Origin: Minisyncoccota bacterium
GTDB lineage: Bacteria > Patescibacteriota > Minisyncoccia > Moranbacterales > UBA1568
Length of the DNA stretch: 64,000 nucleotides
NCBI GenBank assembly: GCA_051306005.1
Contig: JBPPMJ010000006.1
Location: 8,361 to 72,360 of the forward strand
Reading direction: 5' to 3'
The notes under the pieces are model-generated. The model did no database searches and was not told the origin of the DNA. It saw nothing but the letters and a program-made list of their open reading frames with translations. Every line of letters starts with the position of its first letter. Within the stretch, counting starts at the first letter, position 1. Shown piece after piece: positions 10,171 to 19,605 of this stretch. A program made the position numbers and the translations under genes.

Positions 10171-11988
10171 TTATAGTACCCGTTTTTTCTCTTCCTCTTT
10201 GTAACAAATAAGTATATCTCCTACTTGGATTTTTGTAGTGCCATCAAAAACGACACCACACTCATTGCCTTGATTTACTTCATCAGCATTTTTCTTATTC
10301 TGTTGGAGATTTTGCATTTTACCCGAACCAATGATGGCATTGTCACGTTTGATTTCAATGAGTGTTCCCCGTAGCATTTTGCCTTCGCTGACACGTCCAC
10401 CAACAATCATATCGTGTTTACCAGTTTTGAAGATAGCGAGCACAGAGAGGCGTCCATAATCTGTACGGATGATTTCTGGTGGCAACATGGCAGAGAGTTT
10501 GTCTTTGATAGCTTCAACGAGTTTATAAATGATATTATAGGTTTCAATATGAATACCGCTATTTTGGGCCATACGACTAGCGACAGGTGTTGGCATACTA
10601 TTAAAACCGACAATGAGTGCATTGGCACCTTGCGCGATTTTAACATCGGATTCGGTAATGCTGCCGACACCGGAGGCGATGATGGTGAGCATGACTTCAT
10701 CCGAGGTGATGGAAGAAAGAATTTGTTCGATGGCTTCGAGGGATCCTTGCACATCAGCTTTCAAAATGATAGAAAGTTTAACCTTGTTTTCGTCTTCTTC
10801 TTGCGCACGTTGTATTTTTTTGGTCGATACTTCTTGAGAACGTGCGCGCGCGAGACTTTTATCACTTACCACTTGCACAATATCATTAACTTGCGGAGTA
10901 GTATTGAATCCGTAGAGTGTAGCGGGGACTGATGGTCCAGCCGTGGTCATATGTTTGCCGTTCCAATCTTCAATACTTCGAATCCTTCCGAAGGAGCTAC
11001 CGGCTACGATATCCTGACCAATTTTCAGGGTGCCTGTACGGATCAAGACAGTTGCCACCGGACCTCTTTGAGGATCCAAATGGGACTCCAGTACAATAGC
11101 GAGCCCATCTCGTTTTTGATCTGCACGGAAATCTTCCACTTCCGCAAGTAAAGTTATGTTTTCCAGCAAGGTATCAATATGAAGATTATTTTTTGCACTG
11201 ATTTCAGTGCACATAGTATCACCGCCCCATTCTTCAAAAAGGATGCCATGTTCCGCCAATTCTTGTTTGACACGTTCCGGCTTGGCATCAGGTTTATCAA
11301 TTTTATTGATAGCCACGATGGTCGGGAGTTTATGCTCTTTGAGATATTCAATGACTTCTTTGGTCTGTGGACGTACACCATCATCAGCGGCGACTACCAA
11401 AATGGCAATATCAGCAATTGAGAGTCCGCGTTTGCGCATGGCAGAAAAAGCTTCGTGTCCAGGGGTGTCGATGAAAGTCATGATAACACTGCGTTTTTTC
11501 GTTTGATAAGCGCTGATATGCTGAGTAATCCCGCCAGCTTCTCCCGTTGCGACACTGGTTTTGCGAATGGTATCCAAGAGCGTTGTTTTGCCATGATCTA
11601 CGTGACCCAAAATCGTGATGATCGGCGGACGTACAGCGAGATTTTTGCCAGAGTTTTTTTCTTCGGCGAGCAATTGATTGAGTGATTCCAACGAAAGGTA
11701 TCCTTCAGCGGATTTTTCTGCGACGGATTCTACCAGAAAGCCGAGTTCTTCAGCGATAATGCTAGCTGTGTCATAATCAATTTCTTCGTTGATGGTGGCA
11801 AGAACCTTGTTCTTCATCAATTCAGTGATGACGGCCGAGACTGGTAAGCCCAAAATTTCACTCAGTTTTTTGACAGTGACTGATGCGGGAATAGAAACGG
11901 ATTTTTTGGGTTGTTCAGTGGGAGTGTCGAGTAACATATGATTGTATGAAAATGAAAAATAAAGAGAGGCTGCGTAATCGCGAAACAA
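10171..11988 (-). CDS. infB: translation initiation factor IF-2
   Basis: [20 protein letters not shown] and NKIDK GTPase motifs plus IF-2 C-terminal domains. The N-terminal start is uncertain. Confidence 0.9.
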   Translation of the reverse strand: MFRDYAASLYFSFSYNHMLLDTPTEQPKKSVSIPASVTVKKLSEILGLPVSAVITELMKNKVLATINEEIDYDTASIIAEELGFLVESVAEKSAEGYLSLESLNQLLAEEKNSGKNLAVRPPIITILGHVDHGKTTLLDTIRKTSVATGEAGGITQHISAYQTKKRSVIMTFIDTPGHEAFSAMRKRGLSIADIAILVVAADDGVRPQTKEVIEYLKEHKLPTIVAINKIDKPDAKPERVKQELAEHGILFEEWGGDTMCTEISAKNNLHIDTLLENITLLAEVEDFRADQKRDGLAIVLESHLDPQRGPVATVLIRTGTLKIGQDIVAGSSFGRIRSIEDWNGKHMTTAGPSVPATLYGFNTTPQVNDIVQVVSDKSLARARSQEVSTKKIQRAQEEDENKVKLSIILKADVQGSLEAIEQILSSITSDEVMLTIIASGVGSITESDVKIAQGANALIVGFNSMPTPVASRMAQNSGIHIETYNIIYKLVEAIKDKLSAMLPPEIIRTDYGRLSVLAIFKTGKHDMIVGGRVSEGKMLRGTLIEIKRDNAIIGSGKMQNLQQNKKNADEVNQGNECGVVFDGTTKIQVGDILICYKEEEKKRVL

Positions 11989-12002
11989 GTTATGTAAAAA
12001 AA

Positions 12003-12521
12003 TTATACGAGGGCAGTTTTTCCAGAAATGGCTTCAACAATAGTAGCTTGTTCTTCATCTGTCAGGGGAAAGTTGCCAGCTTTACCCGCAATAACTGGCT
12101 TGGCATAGACGCGGGTGCCTTCACGTGTATGAAGGGAGGAAATAACGACGCCAGAATTCTTGCCATCCAAAAGTGCTACACAAAAACTTTGATTCCCACC
12201 GACATCTTTGAATGGATTGAAGCGCAACAAACTAGTCTTGTGAATGCTTTTCATCCCAATATCACGCAATCGGTTAGAGATTTCGAAAAGTTCCTGTATT
12301 TCTTGATCCAATGCTTTTGTGTCTTGGAGTTGGGTCAGGAGAACCTGTTCTAAATCTTGAGCCTTTTTGCCAGAGAAAAATACCGCTAGCTTTTGCTGAA
12401 AACTCTGGTTTTTCCGCCACAAAACAAAGGCGATACCCAATAGGATGATTTCCCCAAATACGAGAACGGCGAGACCTCCGTAGATGAGAGTGGGAGAAAA
12501 AGTGTAGAGAAAATCAAACAT
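12003..12521 (-). CDS. DUF4446-like membrane protein
   Basis: N-terminal TM followed by a coiled region. Architecture matches the DUF4446 proteins common in CPR and Firmicutes. Confidence 0.45.
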   Translation of the reverse strand: MFDFLYTFSPTLIYGGLAVLVFGEIILLGIAFVLWRKNQSFQQKLAVFFSGKKAQDLEQVLLTQLQDTKALDQEIQELFEISNRLRDIGMKSIHKTSLLRFNPFKDVGGNQSFCVALLDGKNSGVVISSLHTREGTRVYAKPVIAGKAGNFPLTDEEQATIVEAISGKTALV

Positions 12522-12925
12522 GTGTCACACCAATTAAGAGCATTTGTACAGATAGAATACCACATTTTTGGCTTATTGCAAACGCTTTCGTTGATACGTT
12601 GTTATGTTGAAGCTAACCTCGAGTCCGTGGCGTCAAATTTCCGAGACTATCGGATTGCGTTTCGCCATCCTGGATGGGGATTGAAAGGAGATTGAAATCT
12701 TCTCACCGTCTGCCAGATGCCGATCTCGTACCTGTCGGGAATGCTGGTTTCCAAGCGATCGGTGTTCTGCGGACGGAACTAGCATAAATCCAAGAAGCAG
12801 AAATATTATAACAAAGGTGGTGAAGCAACAGCTTCCCCCGTTTTTTATTATCTTTTCCACCTCTTTCTCACTTCAACTTTTGTTTCCGATACTAGTTATA
12901 TTATATCATAAAATTGTGATACACT

Positions 12926-13099
12926 ATGCCAAAGATCAGAGTGAAAAAAGGTATATCGCAGGGAGATGTTGCTCGAGACTTGGAAGTAAGTCGCTTGTTT
13001 ATTGGTACGATAGAAAATGGAAAAACTAATCCAACGCTCGCGACAATTGCAAAATTAGCGAAAGCAGTTGAGGTTCCGGTTGATGAACTTTTGGAATAG
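12926..13099 (+). CDS. XRE-family helix-turn-helix protein (57 aa, absent from the supplied ORF track)
   Basis: MPKIRVKKGISQGDVARDLEVSRLFIGTIENGKTNPTLATIAKLAKAVEVPVDELLE, a Cro/C1-type HTH. Preceded by an A/T-rich promoter-like region. Confidence 0.6.
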   Translation: MPKIRVKKGISQGDVARDLEVSRLFIGTIENGKTNPTLATIAKLAKAVEVPVDELLE

Positions 13100-13187
13100 G
13101 AAAGTAGCATTGATTTACCAAGAGTTTTCTGCTATACTAGAAAAATACTGAAAGTTCTATTTTTTATTAACTTACTTCCTAAAATCT

Positions 13188-14111
13188 ATGCTAACACCTC
13201 AAGAAGGACCAAAACTTTCGTCAGCAGAAAATATACATAGCAAGCCAGCTAGCGATCTTTCATTGGAGGAATTGCAATATTTATTAGCGCAAAAACAGAC
13301 GGGAGAAAAAACGACTGTTGCTCCAGAAGGCAATACTGAACAAATGGATACAAAAACTCCACAAGAAAATGCTGTAAATAATGAGAGGGAAATAACACCT
13401 GAACAGCTTCAAGAGAATATCAAAAGACTGGAATCAAATATCACAAAGATGGATGCCATTCCTGAGGCAGTTTTACAATCTCCAGAAGGACAAGAAGCAA
13501 CGCAGTCGCTTCAAGAAAAACTCATTGGAAAACTTGGGAGCTTCCGTAACGGACTGGTGGAAAAGCTTGCCACGCTTGATAACTGGAAAGGCACAGACAG
13601 AATGGTGAGTGTGCTTGGTGGGGCTACGGGGGCCGCCATTCTTACTCCTCTAGCCATTCAGCTTGCGCGCTCCAAATGGCCAGAAGTGGGAGTGGCTCTC
13701 GATATGGCTCCTGATATGCTTCAACAGTTTGTCCATATGGATGTCTGGGCAAAAATTATTGATATGCTGGGTAACGGTGACATACTCCAGAATGGAAGCG
13801 TATGGAAAGATGGTGGCATAGAGGTCAACAATCTTCTTGCAGATATCTCTTCGGGCAAAGAGAGTTTGTTAAACTTGCAACCGGATCAATTACAAATTTT
13901 AAAAGATGGTATGTCCGGTAATGAATTTGAAGTACTCACGAACCCGAAAGTTAATTCGGCTGATTATGCTAAATCCGTGGGGAATGTCACTACTGTAGTG
14001 CGCAACGTTTTTGGCAATATGGGGCCTATTATAGCGGGGGCGGCTGGGTTGGGATTTCTGATGAGTAAAATTGGATCCATGGCCAACAAATTTAAACAAA
14101 AACATGCTTAA
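13188..14111 (+). CDS. hypothetical protein with low-complexity N-terminus and Gly-zipper-like C-terminal hydrophobic segment
   Basis: 307 aa. Q/E/T-rich N-terminal 100 aa. C-terminal GPIIAGAAGLGFLMSKIGSM. Confidence 0.5.
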   Translation: MLTPQEGPKLSSAENIHSKPASDLSLEELQYLLAQKQTGEKTTVAPEGNTEQMDTKTPQENAVNNEREITPEQLQENIKRLESNITKMDAIPEAVLQSPEGQEATQSLQEKLIGKLGSFRNGLVEKLATLDNWKGTDRMVSVLGGATGAAILTPLAIQLARSKWPEVGVALDMAPDMLQQFVHMDVWAKIIDMLGNGDILQNGSVWKDGGIEVNNLLADISSGKESLLNLQPDQLQILKDGMSGNEFEVLTNPKVNSADYAKSVGNVTTVVRNVFGNMGPIIAGAAGLGFLMSKIGSMANKFKQKHA

Positions 14112-14322
14112 AAATATGGAAAATAATAACCCAACAGAGAAGCTGGAAGAAATCCAAAAGCGCCTTGAGGCATTAGAAGAAAGCTTAAGCGAGGAAGAAA
14201 AAGTCATAGCTCTCACAGAACTAAACACACTCATTTCAGAAATTAATGAAAGTGTCGAAGATCATCTCGACAAAATGAAGATCATTGAATTACAACAGAA
14301 ACTCAGGTCATCTGAGCAATAG
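14104..14322 (+). CDS. small coiled-coil protein
   Basis: About 72 aa, E/L-rich heptads. Overlaps the upstream stop by 8 nt. Terminator at 14352-14374. Confidence 0.4.
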   Translation: MLKNMENNNPTEKLEEIQKRLEALEESLSEEEKVIALTELNTLISEINESVEDHLDKMKIIELQQKLRSSEQ

Positions 14323-14351
14323 AGTTCACAACGACTTTGAGACTTGATAAT

Positions 14352-14374
14352 AAAAAGCGGCAATGCCGCTTTTT
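14352..14374. terminator. bidirectional intrinsic terminator
   Basis: aaaaGCGGCAaTGCCGCttttt palindrome with A-run and T-run on either side. Confidence 0.6.
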
Positions 14375-14394
14375 ATGCAACTACGTATATCTTG

Positions 14395-14797
14395 TCGGAA
14401 GCAAAGACTGTGCGTGCATGGAAGGGGGTGGGGCAAACACGTACAGGTTTGTCTGCGTCTTAGCACAATCCACTTGAGTGAGTTGCCATAAAACTCTCTC
14501 CAAGTCACCGAACGAATACGCGTAAGCGCCGAAGCAACCGGCGCGATCCGCGCCAACTGGCGGAGAGCGAGCTGTGTGAAGGCGGTTGCGTGTATTTCGC
14601 GGTCGGTTGATTTATTGCATTCTTGGCTCTCAGGCAAAACTTGAGAACGACAACCGAGAAGTGAAGGTGAAGCGAGGACTCCGGACGCGATGTGAGATGG
14701 GGATGTGGCCGACATGCACTCCGACCGGATATCTCAATGTCACATCGCCGAATGGCAGAGGACAAATCATCGTCGATTCAGATCGCGGACTACCCCC
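14395..14797 (-). ncRNA. GC-rich structured RNA, candidate tmRNA (ssrA)-like; 3' boundary unresolved
   Basis: Minus strand starts GGGGGTAGTCCGCGATCTGAATCGACGATGATTTG, which resembles the tmRNA 5' TLD (E. coli GGGGCTGATTCTGGATTCGACGGGATTTG). Possible P2 pairing TTTGTC/GACAAA with the 3' region. GC well above the flanks. No canonical T-arm or tag frame found. Confidence 0.35.
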
Positions 14798-14838
14798 TAG
14801 ACAAATTGTTTCGTCCTGCCGATTCTGATTTCCAATTT

Positions 14839-14928
14839 TGGCGGAAAGGGAGGGATTCGAACCCTCGATACTGTTTCCAGTATGCCGCTTTTCGAGAGCG
14901 GTGCCTTCGACCACTCGGCCACCTTTCC
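14839..14928 (-). tRNA. tRNA-Ser(CGA), class II, CCA encoded
   Basis: GGAAAGG...CCTTTCC-G-CCA. Anticodon loop CTCGAAA. Long variable arm ACTG/CAGT. T-arm GAGGG-TTCGAAT-CCCTC. Confidence 0.85.
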
Positions 14929-15052
14929 ATACTCATCGTTGTACAGGAAAACGACGAGAGAATCAAGATGTATCCTATGTTGCATATCTTTTCTTTTTGT
15001 AATATTTGTGGTATACTGAATTTAATAGTTGAAATAAAAAATTTTTTATTTA

Positions 15053-15607
15053 TTGTGCCGTATGAGTATGGTGTCCGCACTCACCTTTGCCGATCCATCG
15101 GCGATTATGAATCAGCTCAACATAGAGATGGGTTGTCAGGTAGCTGATTTTGGATGTGGATCAGGATTTTTTTCTTTTGAGTTGGCTCAGCGTGTGGGAT
15201 CTGGAGGCAGGGTATACGCGTTAGATATTTTGCCGTCTGCCTTGGAATCGGTGCGGAGTCGAGCCAAAATTCTCAACCTTTCCAACATTATCATCAAGCG
15301 CGCCAATTTGGAACGTCAGGGTGGGTCCGGTTTAGATTCGCAAAGTATGGATTGGGTCGTGACCAAAGATATTTTGTTTCAAAACAAAGATAAGCAGGTG
15401 ATTATTCAGGAGATGACCCGTATTCTTAAGCCCGGCGGACAAGCTGTATTGATGGAATGGAATCCGCAAGAATCTCTAGTAGGTCCAGATGTGAGTCTGC
15501 GTGTCAGTCCGAATGATTTGCGTCAACTCGTTGAATCAGCGCATTTGTCCGTCGCCAAAGAACTGCAAGTTGGGGGTTTTCATTATGCGTTTTTGGTGCA
15601 AAAATAA
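15053..15607 (+). CDS. class I SAM-dependent methyltransferase
   Basis: Motif I VADFGCGSGFFSFELA followed by GRVYALDI. Confidence 0.7.
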   Translation: MCRMSMVSALTFADPSAIMNQLNIEMGCQVADFGCGSGFFSFELAQRVGSGGRVYALDILPSALESVRSRAKILNLSNIIIKRANLERQGGSGLDSQSMDWVVTKDILFQNKDKQVIIQEMTRILKPGGQAVLMEWNPQESLVGPDVSLRVSPNDLRQLVESAHLSVAKELQVGGFHYAFLVQK

Positions 15608-15632
15608 ATAATTTCGTTTCATGTTTTAATTC

Positions 15633-17039
15633 ATGCTGTCCCGTTCCAAGAAGCAATACGGTGTTGTCTTACTGACATTAATCAGTATTTTTTTGTTATC
15701 CGGATGCGGTTTCAAATCTCGTACTCCCGAGACCTACCAAGTGGATTTGGAGGTATGGGGAGTATTTGATGATAGCGATGCCTACACGCAAATTTTTAGT
15801 GAATATCAGAAACTCAATCCGTATGTTGGCAAAATACAGTATCGGAAATTGCCGTTGGAAACGTACAAAGAGGATCTCTTGAATGCTTTGGCATCAGGAA
15901 CTGGCCCAGATATTTTTATGATACGCAATTCTTGGCGCGCGCCTTTTGAAGACAAAATCGTCCCAGCACCGACAACACTAATCACTGAGAAACAATTTCA
16001 CGATACGTTTGTCGATGTAGCAGGCACAGACTTCATCAATCAAGGACAGGTGTATGGACTGCCTCTTTCGGTGGATTCATTGGGGCTGTACTACAATAAA
16101 GATCTTTTCAACGCTGCTGGAATTGCTGGTCCACCGAAGACCTGGACGGACTTGATTGAAACGGCTAGGCAATTAACGAAAATTGATAATTTTGGCAATA
16201 TAACGCAATCGGGTATAGCTCTAGGGACCGCTTACAACATCAACCGTTCTACGGATGTTTTGACAGTTCTTATGTTGCAAATGAATGCTGGTATCAGTAA
16301 ATCTCAGACCGGAAGGTTTCAATTGTTGGATCAAAACAGTCAACGCGCCTTGGATTTCTATACGCAATTTGCATATAGTGGATCAAGCTCTTATGCGTGG
16401 AACCCACGACTTCACTACTCAATTGATGCTTTTTATGAAGGGACGGTTGGTATGATGATCAATTATTCTTGGCACGCAGCGACCCTGAAACAAAAGAATG
16501 CCAAGCTTAATTTTGCCGTTGCGCCTCTCCCGCAATTTTTGGATACCGCACCAGTGAATACAGCCAATTATTGGGGTTTTGTTGTTGCAAAAAATAAAGA
16601 TCTCCCTCAAAATGAGACACAACAGACACCAGCTAAAGCTGTTTTACAAGACCCAGTCAAAAAAAATATGCTTCGTGTACATGAGGCATGGCAATTGCTC
16701 GGTTATTTGACATTGCCACATTCGGAGAAGCAGGTGATGTTGCAAAATGGCTTGACGGGCAATACGGCGCTTTTCCCCCTGACTCTTGATCCGGCGAAGC
16801 GTTATTTGGAATTAACCAAAAAGCCAGCGGCACGAAGAGATTTAATTGAAGAACAAAAAAATGATTTACTGTTGGCACCTTTTGCACTGGGAAATTTGAT
16901 TGCCAAAAACTGGTATCAGGGCAACCCAGAAGCAGTGGAAGCTATTTTAGCTGAAATGATTGATGCAGTGAATATAGGTATCAAAACTTCTTATGATGCT
17001 TTGATGATAGCTGAACAGCGCATCAATGTTTTACAATAA
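15633..17039 (+). CDS. ABC transporter extracellular solute-binding lipoprotein (family 1, sugar-type)
   Basis: Lipobox LLSGCGF. Overall SBP_bac_1-like composition over 468 aa. Confidence 0.65.
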   Translation: MLSRSKKQYGVVLLTLISIFLLSGCGFKSRTPETYQVDLEVWGVFDDSDAYTQIFSEYQKLNPYVGKIQYRKLPLETYKEDLLNALASGTGPDIFMIRNSWRAPFEDKIVPAPTTLITEKQFHDTFVDVAGTDFINQGQVYGLPLSVDSLGLYYNKDLFNAAGIAGPPKTWTDLIETARQLTKIDNFGNITQSGIALGTAYNINRSTDVLTVLMLQMNAGISKSQTGRFQLLDQNSQRALDFYTQFAYSGSSSYAWNPRLHYSIDAFYEGTVGMMINYSWHAATLKQKNAKLNFAVAPLPQFLDTAPVNTANYWGFVVAKNKDLPQNETQQTPAKAVLQDPVKKNMLRVHEAWQLLGYLTLPHSEKQVMLQNGLTGNTALFPLTLDPAKRYLELTKKPAARRDLIEEQKNDLLLAPFALGNLIAKNWYQGNPEAVEAILAEMIDAVNIGIKTSYDALMIAEQRINVLQ

Positions 17040-17090
17040 CAAATCATATTTTTCAATGAGATACATGACAGTGGTTCAGCCTCTGTAAAA

Positions 17091-17119
17091 TTGACAACGC
17101 ACAGGAATGACAGTATACT
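17091..17119 (+). promoter_or_regulatory. near-consensus sigma70-type promoter (TTGACA-17-TATACT) upstream of typA
   Basis: ttgaca at 17091-96 and tatact at 17114-19 with a 17-nt spacer. Hairpin aaggcgt-tgtg-acgcctt plus T-run follows at 17134-17155. Confidence 0.45.
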
Positions 17120-17157
17120 TCAAAAGTATTCGGAAGGCGTTGTGACGCCTTTTTTAA

Positions 17158-18966
17158 ATGGAGGCGAACTATATCATTATGGAAATAAGAAATATCGCTA
17201 TTATTGCACACGTGGATCATGGCAAGACCACTTTAACTGATGCACTGATGCGTCAGACGGGTATGGTGATGGCAGGGGGAACCTCGATGGATTCCAATGC
17301 ATTGGAACAGGAGCGTGGGATTACGATTTACGCAAAGAATGCAGCTCTTTTTTGGAAAGAAACGAAGATTAATATTGTAGATACGCCCGGCCATGCTGAT
17401 TTTGGTTCGGAAGTAGAACGTGTTTTGCGTTCTATTGATAGCGTGGTCTTGGTAGTGGATGCACAGGAAGGGCCGATGCCACAAACACGTTTTGTGTTGA
17501 AAAAATCTTTGGAATTGGGCCTGAAGCCGATTGTTGTTATCAACAAAATAGATAAACCAGCTGCCCGTCCAGAAGAGGTAAAAGAAATGGTGTATGAACT
17601 ATTTTTGGATTTGGGGGCCAATGATGAGCAACTGGATTTCGCAGTGATTTATGCCATCGCGCGCGAAGGCATGGCCAAGTTGACGCTTGAAGAAGAGGGA
17701 ACAGACCTTGCACCGCTTCTTGATATGATTTTGGTAAAAGTTCCACCTGCCTCTCAGGATGTTGAAGAGGCATTGTTAGCACAGCCATTCAATCTTGGGT
17801 ATGATAATTTTGTCGGACGTTTGGCTGTGGCTCGTATGTACGCCGGCTCACTCAAAGTGAATGATATGGTCTTGATACGAAACCATACGGGTAAAGCTGA
17901 GTCTGGACGTATTGTGAAATTGTTCACTTTCCGTGGTTTGGAACGCGTGGAAGTGCCCATTGTGGAAGCGGGAGATATTGTCATGATTGCTGGATTGACG
18001 AATATTGAAATCGGTGACACGATTTGCGCGACGCCAGAACAAGCACTTTTGCCAGTGATTGCTATTGATGAACCGACCATCGCCTTGAATTTTTTGGTGA
18101 ATGATTCACCATTTGCCGGACGCGAAGGTAAGTTTGTGACCAACAAGCAATTGCGAGAGCGTTTACAAAAAGAATTGGAAATCAATGTAGGTTTGAAAAT
18201 TGATTTTTCAGACGATCATTATCGTGTCTATGGGCGTGGCGAATTGCATATTGCCATTCTTTTGGAAAATATGCGCCGTGAAGGCTATGAGGTTCAGGTG
18301 TCTCAACCCCAAGTTATTATCAAAGACGTCGATGGTATTAAGTCTGAGCCATTTGAAGAAGTAACGATTGAATGTCCGATGGCAGTGACGGGCACAGTGA
18401 TTGAAAAAATAGGAAAACGCAAGGGCATCATGACAGAAATGAAAGAAGGATCTGGTGGGTACTCTCGATTGATTTTTGAGGTACCAACACGGGGTTTGCT
18501 CGGATATCGTGGGGAGTTTGTGGTAGATACGCGTGGTGAAGGCACACTCTATACACGAGTCATTGGTTTTCGTCCGTATGTGGGGGAAATCAAGAAACGC
18601 GATGTGGGGTCGATGGTATCAATGGCAACGGGGAAAGCACTAGCATTTTCGTTGAATAATTTGCAGGAACGGGGTGTGTTGTACATCTCTCCTTCCACGG
18701 AAGTTTATGAGGGTATGGTGGTCGGCAATGTGACCAAAGGGACAGATATGGCAGTCAATCCCATCAAAGGTAAAGCGATGAGCAATATGCGCTCATCTGG
18801 CGCAGACGAGGCGATTCATTTGGTACCACCATTGGAGCTTTCTATTGAACGTGGACTGGAAATTATTTTGGAAGATGAATATTTGGAAGTGACGCCAGCG
18901 AATGTTCGTTTGCGTAAACAGCAATTGACAGAAGCGGAACGTGCTCGTCAAGGAAGAAAGAAATGA
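17158..18966 (+). CDS. typA: translational GTPase TypA/BipA
   Basis: [32 protein letters not shown], and the BipA C-terminal domain. Start may be the ATG at 17179. Confidence 0.9.
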   Translation: MEANYIIMEIRNIAIIAHVDHGKTTLTDALMRQTGMVMAGGTSMDSNALEQERGITIYAKNAALFWKETKINIVDTPGHADFGSEVERVLRSIDSVVLVVDAQEGPMPQTRFVLKKSLELGLKPIVVINKIDKPAARPEEVKEMVYELFLDLGANDEQLDFAVIYAIAREGMAKLTLEEEGTDLAPLLDMILVKVPPASQDVEEALLAQPFNLGYDNFVGRLAVARMYAGSLKVNDMVLIRNHTGKAESGRIVKLFTFRGLERVEVPIVEAGDIVMIAGLTNIEIGDTICATPEQALLPVIAIDEPTIALNFLVNDSPFAGREGKFVTNKQLRERLQKELEINVGLKIDFSDDHYRVYGRGELHIAILLENMRREGYEVQVSQPQVIIKDVDGIKSEPFEEVTIECPMAVTGTVIEKIGKRKGIMTEMKEGSGGYSRLIFEVPTRGLLGYRGEFVVDTRGEGTLYTRVIGFRPYVGEIKKRDVGSMVSMATGKALAFSLNNLQERGVLYISPSTEVYEGMVVGNVTKGTDMAVNPIKGKAMSNMRSSGADEAIHLVPPLELSIERGLEIILEDEYLEVTPANVRLRKQQLTEAERARQGRKK

Positions 18967-19005
18967 TTTTCTCGCTCTGTTTTTGTGGTAGAAATGATAT
19001 CTAAA

Positions 19006-19038
19006 AACTGTCTCATTGTGCATGAGGCAGTTTTTTTA
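19006..19038 (+). terminator. intrinsic terminator after typA
   Basis: aactgtctcat-tgtgc-atgaggcagtt followed by ttttttt. Confidence 0.55.
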
Positions 19039-19130
19039 TACTCATCTTTACGAGGGAGAAGACCCTCTCTATTCGTTTCGTAAATCACCTGCTATACTAA
19101 GTGCATATTGAGTAGTTTTGTATCAATACT

Positions 19131-19601
19131 ATGTTCGTCTATTTTTCTCGCACTGTTTTTTTGGGTTTTGTCGTCTCGTCGTTTTTTATGATGGTAATGT
19201 CGACACCTGTGCAGTCCGCAGGATTGGTACCATGTGGTCGTACTATTGGCACCGCCGAAGAGCAACAACCCTGTACAGTGTGTCATATTGCAGTTGAAGG
19301 AAATAGGATCGTCGCCTATCTGTTGCGTATTATGACAATTGTGGCTATTACGGTTATTGTTGCCATGGCGATTCTCTATATTGTTTCGACGGGAGATGAT
19401 GGCATGATGAAAACCGCCAAGGGTGGAATGAAGGCAGCGTTAGTTGGATTTGCTATCATGTTGGGTGCGTGGCTTATCGTCAATACGACACTACGCATCA
19501 TGGCGATTGAAGAGACCCAGGAAACATCTCCATTGTATGGGTTGCGTCAGAATGGCGCTTTTGGTTTTTCGTGTGATACTGTTTCAACGACTAATCGGTA
19601 A
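19131..19601 (+). CDS. TrbC/VirB2-like pilin family protein (paralog 1)
   Basis: Signal/TM. C-terminal YIVSTGDDGMMKTAKGGMKAALVGFAIMLGAWLIVN matches the Y.L.A.GD...AK...GaaiaLigw motif shared by the five adjacent ORFs. Confidence 0.55.
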   Translation: MFVYFSRTVFLGFVVSSFFMMVMSTPVQSAGLVPCGRTIGTAEEQQPCTVCHIAVEGNRIVAYLLRIMTIVAITVIVAMAILYIVSTGDDGMMKTAKGGMKAALVGFAIMLGAWLIVNTTLRIMAIEETQETSPLYGLRQNGAFGFSCDTVSTTNR

Positions 19602-19605
19602 GTTT

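Noticed and set aside
12600-12850. Interpretation of the structured element as SRP RNA or RNase P RNA
   Set aside because: The conserved SRP domain IV (GGAAGGAAGCAGC) and RNase P P4 (AGGAAAGUCCGGGC / ACAGAAnCCGGCUUA) motifs are absent on both strands. Only a weak AAGAAGCAG resemblance is present.
14505-14765. Possible tmRNA tag reading frame (AKNAINQPTAKYTQPP...) inside the tmRNA-like locus
   Set aside because: The frame runs about 40 codons with no tag-like C-terminal ALAA-type ending before the stop. Other frames give only implausible endings (...SSGLC*). No tag call made.
14692-15147. ORFs overlapping tRNA-Ser and the structured RNA (14692-15147, 14790-15080, 14797-14985), and ORF 35039-35245 overlapping tRNA-Gly(TCC)
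   Set aside because: They span bona fide tRNA genes or GC-rich RNA. They are artefacts of stop-codon-poor GC-rich sequence.
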